DNA of 10,423 nucleotides, from contig JBIKWF010000136.1 of assembly GCA_044356455.1 (NCBI GenBank), forward strand, positions 1-10,423. The letters run 5' to 3'. The stretch is from Bdellovibrionota bacterium. GTDB taxonomy: Bacteria > Bdellovibrionota_C > UBA2361 > JBGSMV01. The notes beneath the pieces are model-generated. The model made no database searches and was not told the DNA's origin. It saw only the letters and a program-made list of their open reading frames with translations. Positions 1 through 9,507 of the stretch are shown here, piece after piece. The first letter of the stretch is position 1, and every line of letters begins with the position of its first letter. A program made the translations under genes and the position numbers.

Positions 1-59
1 GCCTTTGAAGAGGGGGAGCTCGAAGAAGAAGAACTTCGGGTCACAGGCGTTCGGGACAT
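1..59 (-). CDS. Possible 5' end of a gene running off the left edge (MSRTPVTRSSSSSSSPSSK...); ambiguous
   Basis: ATG (cat 57-59) preceded on the minus strand by GGTGG, open to the window edge. The + frame 1 also reads as a plausible C-terminus (AFEEGELEEEELRVTGVRDIR*, stop 64-66), so the strand cannot be settled. Confidence 0.3.
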   Translation of the reverse strand, partial: MSRTPVTRSSSSSSSPSSK

Positions 60-312
60 ACGTTAACCACCAATAAGAGTTAGCTCAAAATGCACGTGCG
101 GTTCTCTTTGCCTAAGCTTGAGAGCCCTCACCGACGTATCCTTTCCGTAAGGGTTCTACAATACCCAGATCCGGGTCGAAATTGAAGAGGGGCAGCAGGG
201 AAAAACAATGCATTATCAAATGTTTACCGGGGCTTCCGCGGAAGATTCTTAAGCAAGGCGGGTCTTGGAAATCCCTCCCGCGAGCGTGAGGAGGTTTCTA
301 TCCCTCTTACTT

Positions 313-340
313 CTTCGTGGTCTTGGTGGTCTTAGTGGTT
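313..340. repeat. Solo arm of the triple-nonamer intergenic repeat family
   Basis: CTTCGTGGT-CTTGGTGGT-CTTAGTGGTT; reverse complement AACCACTAAG-ACCACCAAG-ACCACGAAG has the same 9-nt period and AACCAC head as the arms at 1218, 2199 and 9681. Confidence 0.7.
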
Positions 341-390
341 GTCTCTCGCCAGCTCCATCAACCCCCAAGGGAGTCTCATGCCAAGAGATC

Positions 391-1188
391 TCAGCGCATT
401 CTCCCCACCACCCGGTCATTGGCACTCGCAAGTGCCCTGGCCATGTCCTGAATAAGCCGGAGCACTGTGCTAGGCCGCGACTTTAGTAAATGCAGAAAGT
501 CGCCCTTGGGAAGAGAAATAGCCATGCAGCGACTTGTCGCGACCACCGATGCCGTACGCGGGACCCCCGCTATTGCGGCGATGGCCCCAAAAATCTCATC
601 TGACTTTATGTCGCCAACCTTTACTCCATCAACCAGGGCTTCAGCGCTACCCTCTATAAGGGTGTAAACTTCATCGTTTGTTCCGCCTTGCTGAATCATG
701 GTTTCGCCCGCCTCGAAGTAGCGGACTTCGGGAGGAGCTGTCTCGTCTCCCATCGAAAGGCGGCGTGCACAGTGTTCCGCAATTGTGCGCCACACCTCTT
801 CGTGGGCGGTCACGATGGCTGTCCAACAAGAAATGAGTTGAGGATTCGAGGCGAGGGCGGAAAAGAGTGCCTGATGTGGAATTTTAAGCGCCTTTACGGC
901 AAACGAAGAGTGCGCCGAGAGAGAAGAGCGGGAGCTCATCTCGGTGTGACCAAGCAGATCTCCTTCCTCATAAGAAATTAGGGAACAGGAATTCCGCGTG
1001 ACGACGAAGCTGCCTTCCAGGACCACGAAGACTGCGCCAGAATTTCGAGCCAGAGCGAGTGCATCCTCGTCTCGAGGTATAAGCGTAGGTTCGCAGCTCC
1101 CGAGCGCTGCCGCAATTTCAGCCCAGGCAGCTCGCGCGTCAGTGGTCTGGGGTTCGAGGGACGGTGCGTCTTCTAGCAGAGCATGCAT
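391..1188 (-). CDS. Cyclic-nucleotide-binding protein with degenerate N-terminal and intact C-terminal cNMP domains, no HTH (CbpA-like)
   Basis: C-terminal CAP/cNMP fold: FEAGETMIQQG...VYTLIEGSAE...DEIFGAIAAIAGVPRTASVVA...F..LL...P. Degenerate N-terminal copy: VFVVLEGSF...YEEGDLLG. Size (265 aa) and EIFGA motif resemble Pseudomonas CbpA as I recall it. Confidence 0.88.
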   Translation of the reverse strand: MHALLEDAPSLEPQTTDARAAWAEIAAALGSCEPTLIPRDEDALALARNSGAVFVVLEGSFVVTRNSCSLISYEEGDLLGHTEMSSRSSLSAHSSFAVKALKIPHQALFSALASNPQLISCWTAIVTAHEEVWRTIAEHCARRLSMGDETAPPEVRYFEAGETMIQQGGTNDEVYTLIEGSAEALVDGVKVGDIKSDEIFGAIAAIAGVPRTASVVATSRCMAISLPKGDFLHLLKSRPSTVLRLIQDMARALASANDRVVGRMR

Positions 1189-1217
1189 ATAAACTGTTAG
1201 GGCCTCAAAATGTTTTC

Positions 1218-1306
1218 ACCACAAAGGACGCAAGGGACACAAAGGAATACGTCGAAATTGCTGGTTCTAATTGAGCTTTCTTTGCGTCCTTAGCGTCCTT
1301 TGTGGT
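1218..1306. repeat. Inverted doublet (REP/REPIN-like hairpin) of the triple-nonamer repeat
   Basis: Left arm 1218-1244 ACCACAAAGGACGCAAGGGACACAAAG; reverse complement of right arm 1280-1306 is ACCACAAAGGACGCTAAGGACGCAAAG (24/27 identical); 35-nt spacer. Confidence 0.85.
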
Positions 1307-1369
1307 CCAATAATATCTTAAGTAATCTTACCGTTTTTGCGCCGAACATTCTTGCGCCCTGTCAAACTA

Positions 1370-2092
1370 TTACTCGCAGGGCGGGAAGACGTCCACAAAA
1401 TGTTTCTGTAGTGCAGGCAAAAGCTCTTCTACGGCCAGCGCGCGAATAGAGCCCTTGTTGGCCGGGGCATGGGGGCTACGGCAGTTCTCCTTTTCGTGGA
1501 GCTCCCTAGCAATTGAGCTCATGTCAACGTCTCCAAGCCCGCAGGGCTTGATGAGGCTAAAGCCTCGCTCCAAGCTCAGCTCCCCTGGAACTGAGCCCAC
1601 ATTGAGCGCAAATCCGTGCATAGTGACCCAGCGCGAAATACGTACCCCGAGGGAAGCAAGTTTGCGCGGGTGCGGGCAGTGAGCATTTGCGGCAAGCCAC
1701 ACGCCCGTTTTCCCCTGCACGCGCGTCCCTTCAAGCTCGTATTCTTTAAGAAGGCGGATAAGCACTTCCTCCAGCTGCCGCATGTACCAGCCTACATCTC
1801 GGCGGCGTTTTCGAAGATCCAAAATAGGATAGCCTACAAGTTGGCCGGGCCCATGAAAGGTGACGTCTCCGCCGCGCTCAACCTCGAAGGTTTCAACGCC
1901 GAGGGCTTTCAGCTGCTCGGCGCCTGCGAGGATGTGTCCTTCTCCTGAACTCTTTCCTATCGTGATTGTTGGTGGATGTTCACAAAGCAGCAGATGCTCG
2001 GGCTTTTCTTCCGCGATGACGGCACGCTGGAGTTCGCGCTGGAGGTGCCAGGCTTCTTGATAGGGAACTCGTCCCAGCGTCCTCGTAATCAT
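1370..2092 (-). CDS. lipB: Lipoyl(octanoyl) transferase LipB
   Basis: Motifs LLCEHPPTITIG, RGGDVTFHGPGQLVGYPILDL, RKLASLGVRISRWVTMHGFALNV and the catalytic PCG (FSLIKPCGL); directly downstream of lpdA. Confidence 0.97.
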   Translation of the reverse strand: MITRTLGRVPYQEAWHLQRELQRAVIAEEKPEHLLLCEHPPTITIGKSSGEGHILAGAEQLKALGVETFEVERGGDVTFHGPGQLVGYPILDLRKRRRDVGWYMRQLEEVLIRLLKEYELEGTRVQGKTGVWLAANAHCPHPRKLASLGVRISRWVTMHGFALNVGSVPGELSLERGFSLIKPCGLGDVDMSSIARELHEKENCRSPHAPANKGSIRALAVEELLPALQKHFVDVFPPCE

Positions 2093-2100
2093 ACAGGTAG

Positions 2101-2122
2101 GGCGCCCTGTCCCCAGGGCGCC
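2101..2122 (-). promoter_or_regulatory. GC-rich 9-bp hairpin just upstream of the lipB start codon
   Basis: mRNA strand reads GGCGCCCTG-GGGA-CAGGGCGCC: perfect stem, GNRA-type loop, ending 8 nt before the ATG. Function unknown. Confidence 0.4.
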
Positions 2123-2234
2123 TCTGAAAAACTTCGATATTTTATTTTTTCCCCTCCGTGATCTCTGTGTCCTCTGTGGTTTTTCAACAATCTAAATCAA
2201 CCACAGAGGGCACCGAGTTCACAGAGCAGCCTCC
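2117..2234. mobile_element. Degenerate MITE-like element, inverted copy of 9616-9741
   Basis: End GGCGCCTCTGAAAA (2117-2130); arms 2154-2181 and 2199-2226; loop TTTCAACAATCTAAATC matches the reverse complement of the 9664-9680 loop at 15/17. The other end is reduced to AGCCTCC (2228-2234), followed by CTAG. Confidence 0.72.
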
Positions 2235-3638
2235 CTAGAAATTAATAGGCCGCCCCATCGCCGCCGCCATAGCTTCCATCATCGACTCCGACAAGGTCGG
2301 ATGCGGATGGATGGTATCAACGACACTGGCCGCGACGCCCTCATGCGAGCGAATAATAGCCGCTTCGCTGATGAGCTCCGTTGCCTCGGCGTGGAGAATA
2401 TGAACTCCAAGCACTTCGCCAACTTCGGCATCAATGATGGTCTTGATAAACCCTTCAGGTTCGCCAATCGCAATAGCTTTTCCGATAGCAGAGTAGGGGA
2501 TCTTGCCAACCTTGTACTTGAGGCCCTTTTCTTTGCAGGCCTGCTCAGTCAGTCCAATGGAAGCAACTTGCGGCTGGCAGTAGGTGCATCCTGGAATGTT
2601 GTCGTAGCTCATAGGATGCTTGCCTTTGCCGCAAGCATGCTCCGCCGCGATGATTCCTTCGTGACTCGCCACGTGCGCAAGCCATGGACCGCCAGCGACG
2701 TCACCAATCGCATAGTGATGGGGGACGTTGGTTTGCATCCAGTCGTTTACATCAATCCAGCCCTTCTCGACTTTGATGCCAACTTTTTCCAGCCCGATGT
2801 TCTCGGTATTTCCTACGACTCCGATTGCTGTGAGGCAGGTGTCGCCTGACCACTGCTCATTGATGGTTCCATCTTTGGACTTAATGGTGGCAGTGACGGT
2901 CTTGCCGTTTTTCTTGATGTCACTCACCGCGCAGTTTACGCGCATAATCATGCCGCGCTTCTCAAAGATCTTTCGAAGTCCTTCGGAGACTTCAAAATCT
3001 TCTACGGGAAGAATGGTAGGAAGCATCTCGCAGAGCGTGACTTCAGCGCCAAGTGAGCTAAAGAAGTAGGCGAACTCAACACCGATAGCGCCAGCTCCAA
3101 TCACAAGCATCTTCTGAGGCATGCGCTTATTTTCAAGTATCGTGCGGTAGGTGTGGATGGCTTCGCCGTCAATTTCTACGCCGGGTAATGGGCGCGCACG
3201 TGCGCCGGTGGCGATGATGACATCCTTATAGTCATACGTAGTCGCCTTGCCTGCTTTGTCGGTAACAACAAGTTTGTTGCCCTTCTCAAGGGAGCCGTTA
3301 CCCGCAATAATTTCGACCTTGTTCTTCTTCATCAGGAAGCTCACCCCACCGGAGAGCTTGCCTGCGACATCTCGAGAGCGCTGAATAATCTTGGTGAAAT
3401 CGACCTTCACGTCCCCCGTGGTGAACCCGAAGTCGCTGGCGTGTTTCATGTCGTTAAAGAGCTGGGCAGAGCGCAAAAGGGCCTTGGAGGGGATGCACCC
3501 CCAATTGAGGCAAATACCACCCAGGGCGTCGCGCTCTACGATACTTACTTTGCGGCCGAGTTGAGCTGCGCGAATGGCAGCTACGTAGCCACCAGGACCC
3601 GAGCCAAGAACGATGAGGTCGCGAGACTGAGATGTCAT
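2235..3638 (-). CDS. lpdA: Dihydrolipoyl dehydrogenase (E3)
   Basis: FAD motif GSGPGGYVAAIRAAQLG, redox disulfide GGICLNWGCIPSKAL, NAD motif GAGAIGVE, AIGDV, C-terminal HPHPTLSE; 467 aa. Confidence 0.98.
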   Translation of the reverse strand: MTSQSRDLIVLGSGPGGYVAAIRAAQLGRKVSIVERDALGGICLNWGCIPSKALLRSAQLFNDMKHASDFGFTTGDVKVDFTKIIQRSRDVAGKLSGGVSFLMKKNKVEIIAGNGSLEKGNKLVVTDKAGKATTYDYKDVIIATGARARPLPGVEIDGEAIHTYRTILENKRMPQKMLVIGAGAIGVEFAYFFSSLGAEVTLCEMLPTILPVEDFEVSEGLRKIFEKRGMIMRVNCAVSDIKKNGKTVTATIKSKDGTINEQWSGDTCLTAIGVVGNTENIGLEKVGIKVEKGWIDVNDWMQTNVPHHYAIGDVAGGPWLAHVASHEGIIAAEHACGKGKHPMSYDNIPGCTYCQPQVASIGLTEQACKEKGLKYKVGKIPYSAIGKAIAIGEPEGFIKTIIDAEVGEVLGVHILHAEATELISEAAIIRSHEGVAASVVDTIHPHPTLSESMMEAMAAAMGRPINF

Positions 3639-3919
3639 AGAGCCGTACCATCAAAAACGAAAAACTGTTAAATTTCAATATGCTAGCAGGTCGTCGCAGG
3701 GCTAAGCCGAGCTTTCCGGCGTAATCGCCTCGCTCCGCCTCCTTCCGCGTACCCACTGCAACCCTCAAGTAACACATGCCGAGGCTTGATGAACAGAGTC
3801 AGCGCGGGGCACTTTGCCTTTGAACCCCTGAGCTGCGGAAAAGGCACAAACATGGGTTTTTTGCGCTGTAATTGGCCCCAAATATCAACTCGAGCCGGGC
3901 GCGCGACGAAGATAGTAAT

Positions 3920-4537
3920 GTGGGAAACAAGAGTGGTTATATTGTAGCAGCAAGCGTTCTATCCTTGGCTCTGCTCGGTAGTCCGCTCCAAGGAGCTCTT
4001 CTCACCAAACCACAAAGACACCCCCCGGGGATTCTTGTCTCAGAGGCGCCTCGGCAAACGTCTCTTCCGCGGCCTGAACATTGGATTCTTGGCGATTACC
4101 GTGTCTCAGCTCTCGCACGCTATGAGCTTACTGCGCGTCTCGTAAAATCTCATGAGTATTGGTTCGACAGGGGCAGCGAAATTGCGCCTTTGGATTTTAC
4201 CGTAGCTTGGGGCGCAGCTTCGGATCAGAGAGTTCAGGACGCGATCTCGGTTAGCCTTTGGGGACGATTTTATCGCTGGAGCACTCGCGCGCGAGATCTG
4301 CCTGCTTCGCCCCAGGAGATTTCTGAAAGCATGGCGAACATGCATCTTATTCCTGCCACACCTGCAGTGCTTCGGAGTCTCAAAGGAGCCGCCGCAGGAG
4401 GTCTTGTTACTTTGAAAGGATATCTCGTGAATGTCGAAGCTGACGACGGGTATCGCTGGACAAGTTCCTTAAGCCGCTCTGATTCTGGAGCGGGGGCTTG
4501 TGAGCTCATGTGGGTGGAAAGCGTCGAGGCGCGATGA
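3920..4537 (+). CDS. Hypothetical membrane-anchored or exported protein
   Basis: Long ORF divergent from lpdA with an N-terminal hydrophobic segment (YIVAASVLSLALLG) and motif-like blocks APLDFTVAWG, ANMHLIPA, LKGYLV, WTSSLSRSDSGAGACELMWVE. Start uncertain: GTG 3920 chosen, TTG 3872 possible. Confidence 0.8.
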   Translation: MGNKSGYIVAASVLSLALLGSPLQGALLTKPQRHPPGILVSEAPRQTSLPRPEHWILGDYRVSALARYELTARLVKSHEYWFDRGSEIAPLDFTVAWGAASDQRVQDAISVSLWGRFYRWSTRARDLPASPQEISESMANMHLIPATPAVLRSLKGAAAGGLVTLKGYLVNVEADDGYRWTSSLSRSDSGAGACELMWVESVEAR

Positions 4538-4582
4538 AAGATCGTGCGGCGCAAGAGGGACTTGGCGCCCTGCCTACCTCGA

Positions 4583-5545
4583 TTATAGCTTCGCGCTCGT
4601 AAGCCACTTAGGAAGCAGACGCTCGGGAGCCACAATCTTGAGCGCCACATGCCGATGAGGATGGACGAACTCTGTCTGGTAGCTCACTAAGTGAAGCCGG
4701 TCAGAGGGCGCACCGTTGTAAAAATTATCGCCCGTAATGGGGAATTCATAACTTGAAGCGTGGACGCGAATTTGGTGCGTTCTTCCCGTGACCGGGCGCG
4801 CTTCGGCAATGACTCGCTCAGGTCCGCTTTCGGATTCTTGGATGCGCTGCAAAACCTTAAATTCAGTGTGCGCAGGTCTCCCTCCTGTGGCGACGGCCTT
4901 TCGCAGTATCGGATGCCGCGCGTCCCGCGCGATGGCTCTGTCCGCCGAGAGAGTCTCCCAGGAGACGGCGGCTCTGGTTTCGAGCAGATAGGTCTTTTGA
5001 ACTCTGCGCTTTTCAAAAACGCGCTGCAAAGGAGCATGCATCCGCGCCGCCTTGCTTGTAACAACCAAGCCCTCTACTGAGGTATCGACGCGAGAAGGCA
5101 TGTGGAGAGAAGCCTCGGGAGCGGTCTCTCTTAAGTACTTCTCAAGAAACCCTTTGAGGTTTAGCTCGCGCTGCTCGCGGGTTGGCATAGAAGAGATGCC
5201 CTGGGGTTTATAGACAATTAAAAGTTCATCATCTTCATATACGATGAAATCTTTAATGCGCTCCGTGAAGGCGCTGATTTCCGGGAGGTCTTCGCCTTTG
5301 GGCTCAAAAAATTCTATCCGGCATGGCGAGGGCAGGGGGCGGTCCGTCGTGCTGCAAATTCCATTTAAATAAACGCCGCCGCGCGCAATGAGAGCGGGCC
5401 ACGCCTGAGGCGCAATGTGCGGGAGGTGTTCAGAGAGCGCGTGTAAAAGAGTGGCTGGTGTCGTGGCAGGGGTGAGAAACACCAGTTCGCGGTGGTGGCT
5501 CGTGAGAGACTCCTCAATACGCGATAGGTTAAAGGGGATCTCCAT
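4583..5545 (-). CDS. RluA/RluC/RluD-family RNA pseudouridine synthase with S4-like N-terminus
   Basis: S4-like LIARGGVYLNG; IVYEDDELLIVYKPQG (motif I); SRVDTSVEGL (catalytic RxD); KTY; PVTGRTHQIRVH; PITGDNFY; RLHL. Start ATG 5545 chosen, GTG 5602 possible. Confidence 0.93.
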   Translation of the reverse strand: MEIPFNLSRIEESLTSHHRELVFLTPATTPATLLHALSEHLPHIAPQAWPALIARGGVYLNGICSTTDRPLPSPCRIEFFEPKGEDLPEISAFTERIKDFIVYEDDELLIVYKPQGISSMPTREQRELNLKGFLEKYLRETAPEASLHMPSRVDTSVEGLVVTSKAARMHAPLQRVFEKRRVQKTYLLETRAAVSWETLSADRAIARDARHPILRKAVATGGRPAHTEFKVLQRIQESESGPERVIAEARPVTGRTHQIRVHASSYEFPITGDNFYNGAPSDRLHLVSYQTEFVHPHRHVALKIVAPERLLPKWLTSAKL

Positions 5546-5573
5546 CTCGCCTGGAATAATTTCGAAGCAACAA

Positions 5574-6293
5574 TTATTTTGCAGCAGGAGCTTTTGGTGC
5601 ACCCGTGGTGCTTCCCTTTACCGCCTGAATTGCGAGCAAAATGCGCTGCAGACGATCAATGAGTTGCACAGGGGGAAGATCGGGCGCAAGTTCTGTCTGA
5701 TATTGCAAGCCAAATCCCTTCTCAAGTTTCTTGAGACGCTCGAGAAATTTATCTGACATCAGCTGCGCGACTTGCACTTGAGCGAGGCCGCGGCGCTTCG
5801 ACCGAATCTGCACGAGAGACTCAATCGCGCTCATTTGATTCTGGATGGTTGCTTCAGTGACTTTCTCTGGCACGCATTCAGGGATGGAGAGGAACGATTC
5901 TCTCGGATCGGGAGAGAAAACTTGTCTCACAGCGCCTACCGCCATAGTGCCATCAGCCGCAAAAAGCATAGCAGTGGCCATGGTGTCCCGGGGGAGATCG
6001 TCCCGGTAGGGGACGCGAACAATAATGTTCGACTCGTCGATGCGGCGTGGGGTTGGTACAGGCTGCTGAACGGTGCCGCGCTCAGAAAATAGGAGCCCCA
6101 CCGCATTTACTGGCTCAAAGGGAGCAGAAACGGTGATTTCAATATGCTTTACGGCTTGCGCACTTTGCTGAGCAGCGGTGTTTTGACCAAAGGCTGCCGG
6201 TTGAGGAGCGAAAACGCAACCAAAAAGAAGAGCAGCTGCCATTCCCCAGCGAGGGGCGAAGGAGTGAGGTAAGAGAAGTGCTAACGTTTTCAT
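5574..6293 (-). CDS. Hypothetical exported protein (signal peptide or possible lipoprotein)
   Basis: 239 aa; N-terminal hydrophobic stretch with LFGC (possible lipobox) or AFG|Q (SPI site); beta-rich middle and helical C-terminus; start overlaps the upstream stop (ATGA, 6290-6293). Confidence 0.8.
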   Translation of the reverse strand: MKTLALLLPHSFAPRWGMAAALLFGCVFAPQPAAFGQNTAAQQSAQAVKHIEITVSAPFEPVNAVGLLFSERGTVQQPVPTPRRIDESNIIVRVPYRDDLPRDTMATAMLFAADGTMAVGAVRQVFSPDPRESFLSIPECVPEKVTEATIQNQMSAIESLVQIRSKRRGLAQVQVAQLMSDKFLERLKKLEKGFGLQYQTELAPDLPPVQLIDRLQRILLAIQAVKGSTTGAPKAPAAK

Positions 6294-6964
6294 TCGCCAA
6301 CTACTCCCTTTAACTCGCCCAGAGTTTTGAGCACTTGATTGTAGCCGTTCAGATCGTTCTCAAGGCCCTTCGACTCAATTACAAGCTTACGCAGCCTTTC
6401 GACTCCTTGAATGTCCGTTGGGACATTTCCTTCCGAGAGGTCGACCTGAGGCGTGCAGGTGCGGCGCACCGCAAAACGCGGGGAATTCACCACGGACCCG
6501 TCAGTTTGCACCAGGATGAGCTGATAGATCATCTCCCCAACGGGAGCGATAGTTGGAATTTCATAAATCGGTCTGTCGAATTTATCGAGGTAGGCTTCCC
6601 TCGCCGGAACCTCTACAAATTTACCGTCCCGTACCATTGCGACACGCACGGGGAGCTTGGTCTCCTTCGTGTTGGTGATTGCCGCGGTAATCGTCATTGG
6701 CTGACCAGGGTAAGGAAGATCGTCAGGACGTGGCGGGGTGTGTAGGAAGGCTAGGCCCTTGGCATTACTAGTCTGGGGTTGCTGGGCAGTGTCGCTTTGA
6801 TCTTTGCCGCTTGAATCTTTGTGGGCAACTTCTCTCCCTGTAGCCTGTTGACCCGGTCGCTGCGCGAACCCATCCTCAAGGCAGACAAAGGAAAATGCGC
6901 AAACGATCGCCCCAAGAAGCGGCGCGCGCAATGAGGAGAGGAGTGGGAAAGAGTGCTTTCTCAT
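6290..6964 (-). CDS. Hypothetical exported protein
   Basis: 224 aa; basic N-terminus, hydrophobic core, GFA|Q cleavage-like site; beta-rich segment (PGQPMTITAAITN) and C-terminal coiled-coil-like helix; GGGGA upstream of the ATG. Confidence 0.8.
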   Translation of the reverse strand: MRKHSFPLLSSLRAPLLGAIVCAFSFVCLEDGFAQRPGQQATGREVAHKDSSGKDQSDTAQQPQTSNAKGLAFLHTPPRPDDLPYPGQPMTITAAITNTKETKLPVRVAMVRDGKFVEVPAREAYLDKFDRPIYEIPTIAPVGEMIYQLILVQTDGSVVNSPRFAVRRTCTPQVDLSEGNVPTDIQGVERLRKLVIESKGLENDLNGYNQVLKTLGELKGVVGE

Positions 6965-7075
6965 AGAGTTCTGTCCCCAAGATAGGGCTCCTTCCAGGTC
7001 TTAAGCAAGAGACCGAAACGATGTTTATGGTCGCGTAGTTTTAAGGCGCCGAAAAAGAGAAAATCCCTGATCTTA

Positions 7076-9103
<2,028 letters not shown>

Positions 9104-9280
9104 GTACTCTGCCTACGACCCAAAGAGCGTGGGACCACAGTCCTTACCCGTACCCCTGATATGCGAGAAAAAGGAGCATGAGCCTCCTCTTTCTTTTTCG
9201 CAGTACTAGGACACTAGTCCCTCACCCCACTAATCTAGGGTTTCTTTGAATATGCTTCAGTTGTTAATGAGAGAGTTGCT

Positions 9281-9309
9281 AAAATAACGTTCTACAAAAA
9301 CCAAGTCAA
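9281..9309 (-). promoter_or_regulatory. Putative sigma70 promoter for the kinase gene or operon
   Basis: Minus strand TTGACT (9309-9304), 17-nt spacer, TATTTT (9286-9281); implies a 5' UTR of about 170 nt. Confidence 0.55.
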
Positions 9310-9358
9310 CTCGCCGACTTATCCTTTCCAAGAAAGCAAACAATCTTTGTCTGCACCA

Positions 9359-9387
9359 TTGGATCGCGCTAGCTAGCCGATTATACT
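9359..9387 (+). promoter_or_regulatory. Putative sigma70 promoter of tRNA-Arg
   Basis: TTGGAT (9359-9364), 17-nt spacer, TATACT (9382-9387), ending 18 nt before the tRNA. Confidence 0.7.
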
Positions 9388-9405
9388 GCCAAAGGAAAGC
9401 ATTAA

Positions 9406-9479
<74 letters not shown>

Positions 9480-9507
9480 CTTGCTCAGCACGCCTCTTCT
9501 TTTGTTT

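Noticed and set aside
268..298. Hairpin GAAATCCCTC...GAGGAGGTTTC as terminator of the cNMP gene
   Set aside because: The stem is imperfect and there is no U-tract on the minus strand; not supportable as an intrinsic terminator.
249..486. Short ORFs 249-431 (-) and 265-486 (+)
   Set aside because: They overlap the cNMP gene and run through the non-coding repeat, which explains the RPPRPRR and GLGGLSG periodicity.
1360..1365. Perfect TTGACA on the minus strand upstream of the cNMP gene
   Set aside because: No -10 hexamer at 16-18 nt spacing; the TAAGAT hexamers lie too far away.
2301..3069. Antisense ORFs within lpdA (2301-2849, 2728-3069) and similar shadow ORFs in lipB, rlu, the kinase and nuoA
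   Set aside because: They lie opposite or out of frame to well-supported genes and have no recognisable motifs; expected in GC-rich coding DNA.
3454..3777. 107-aa minus-strand ORF overlapping the lpdA start as a leader gene
   Set aside because: It overlaps lpdA out of frame by about 185 nt and has no protein-like features or clear RBS.
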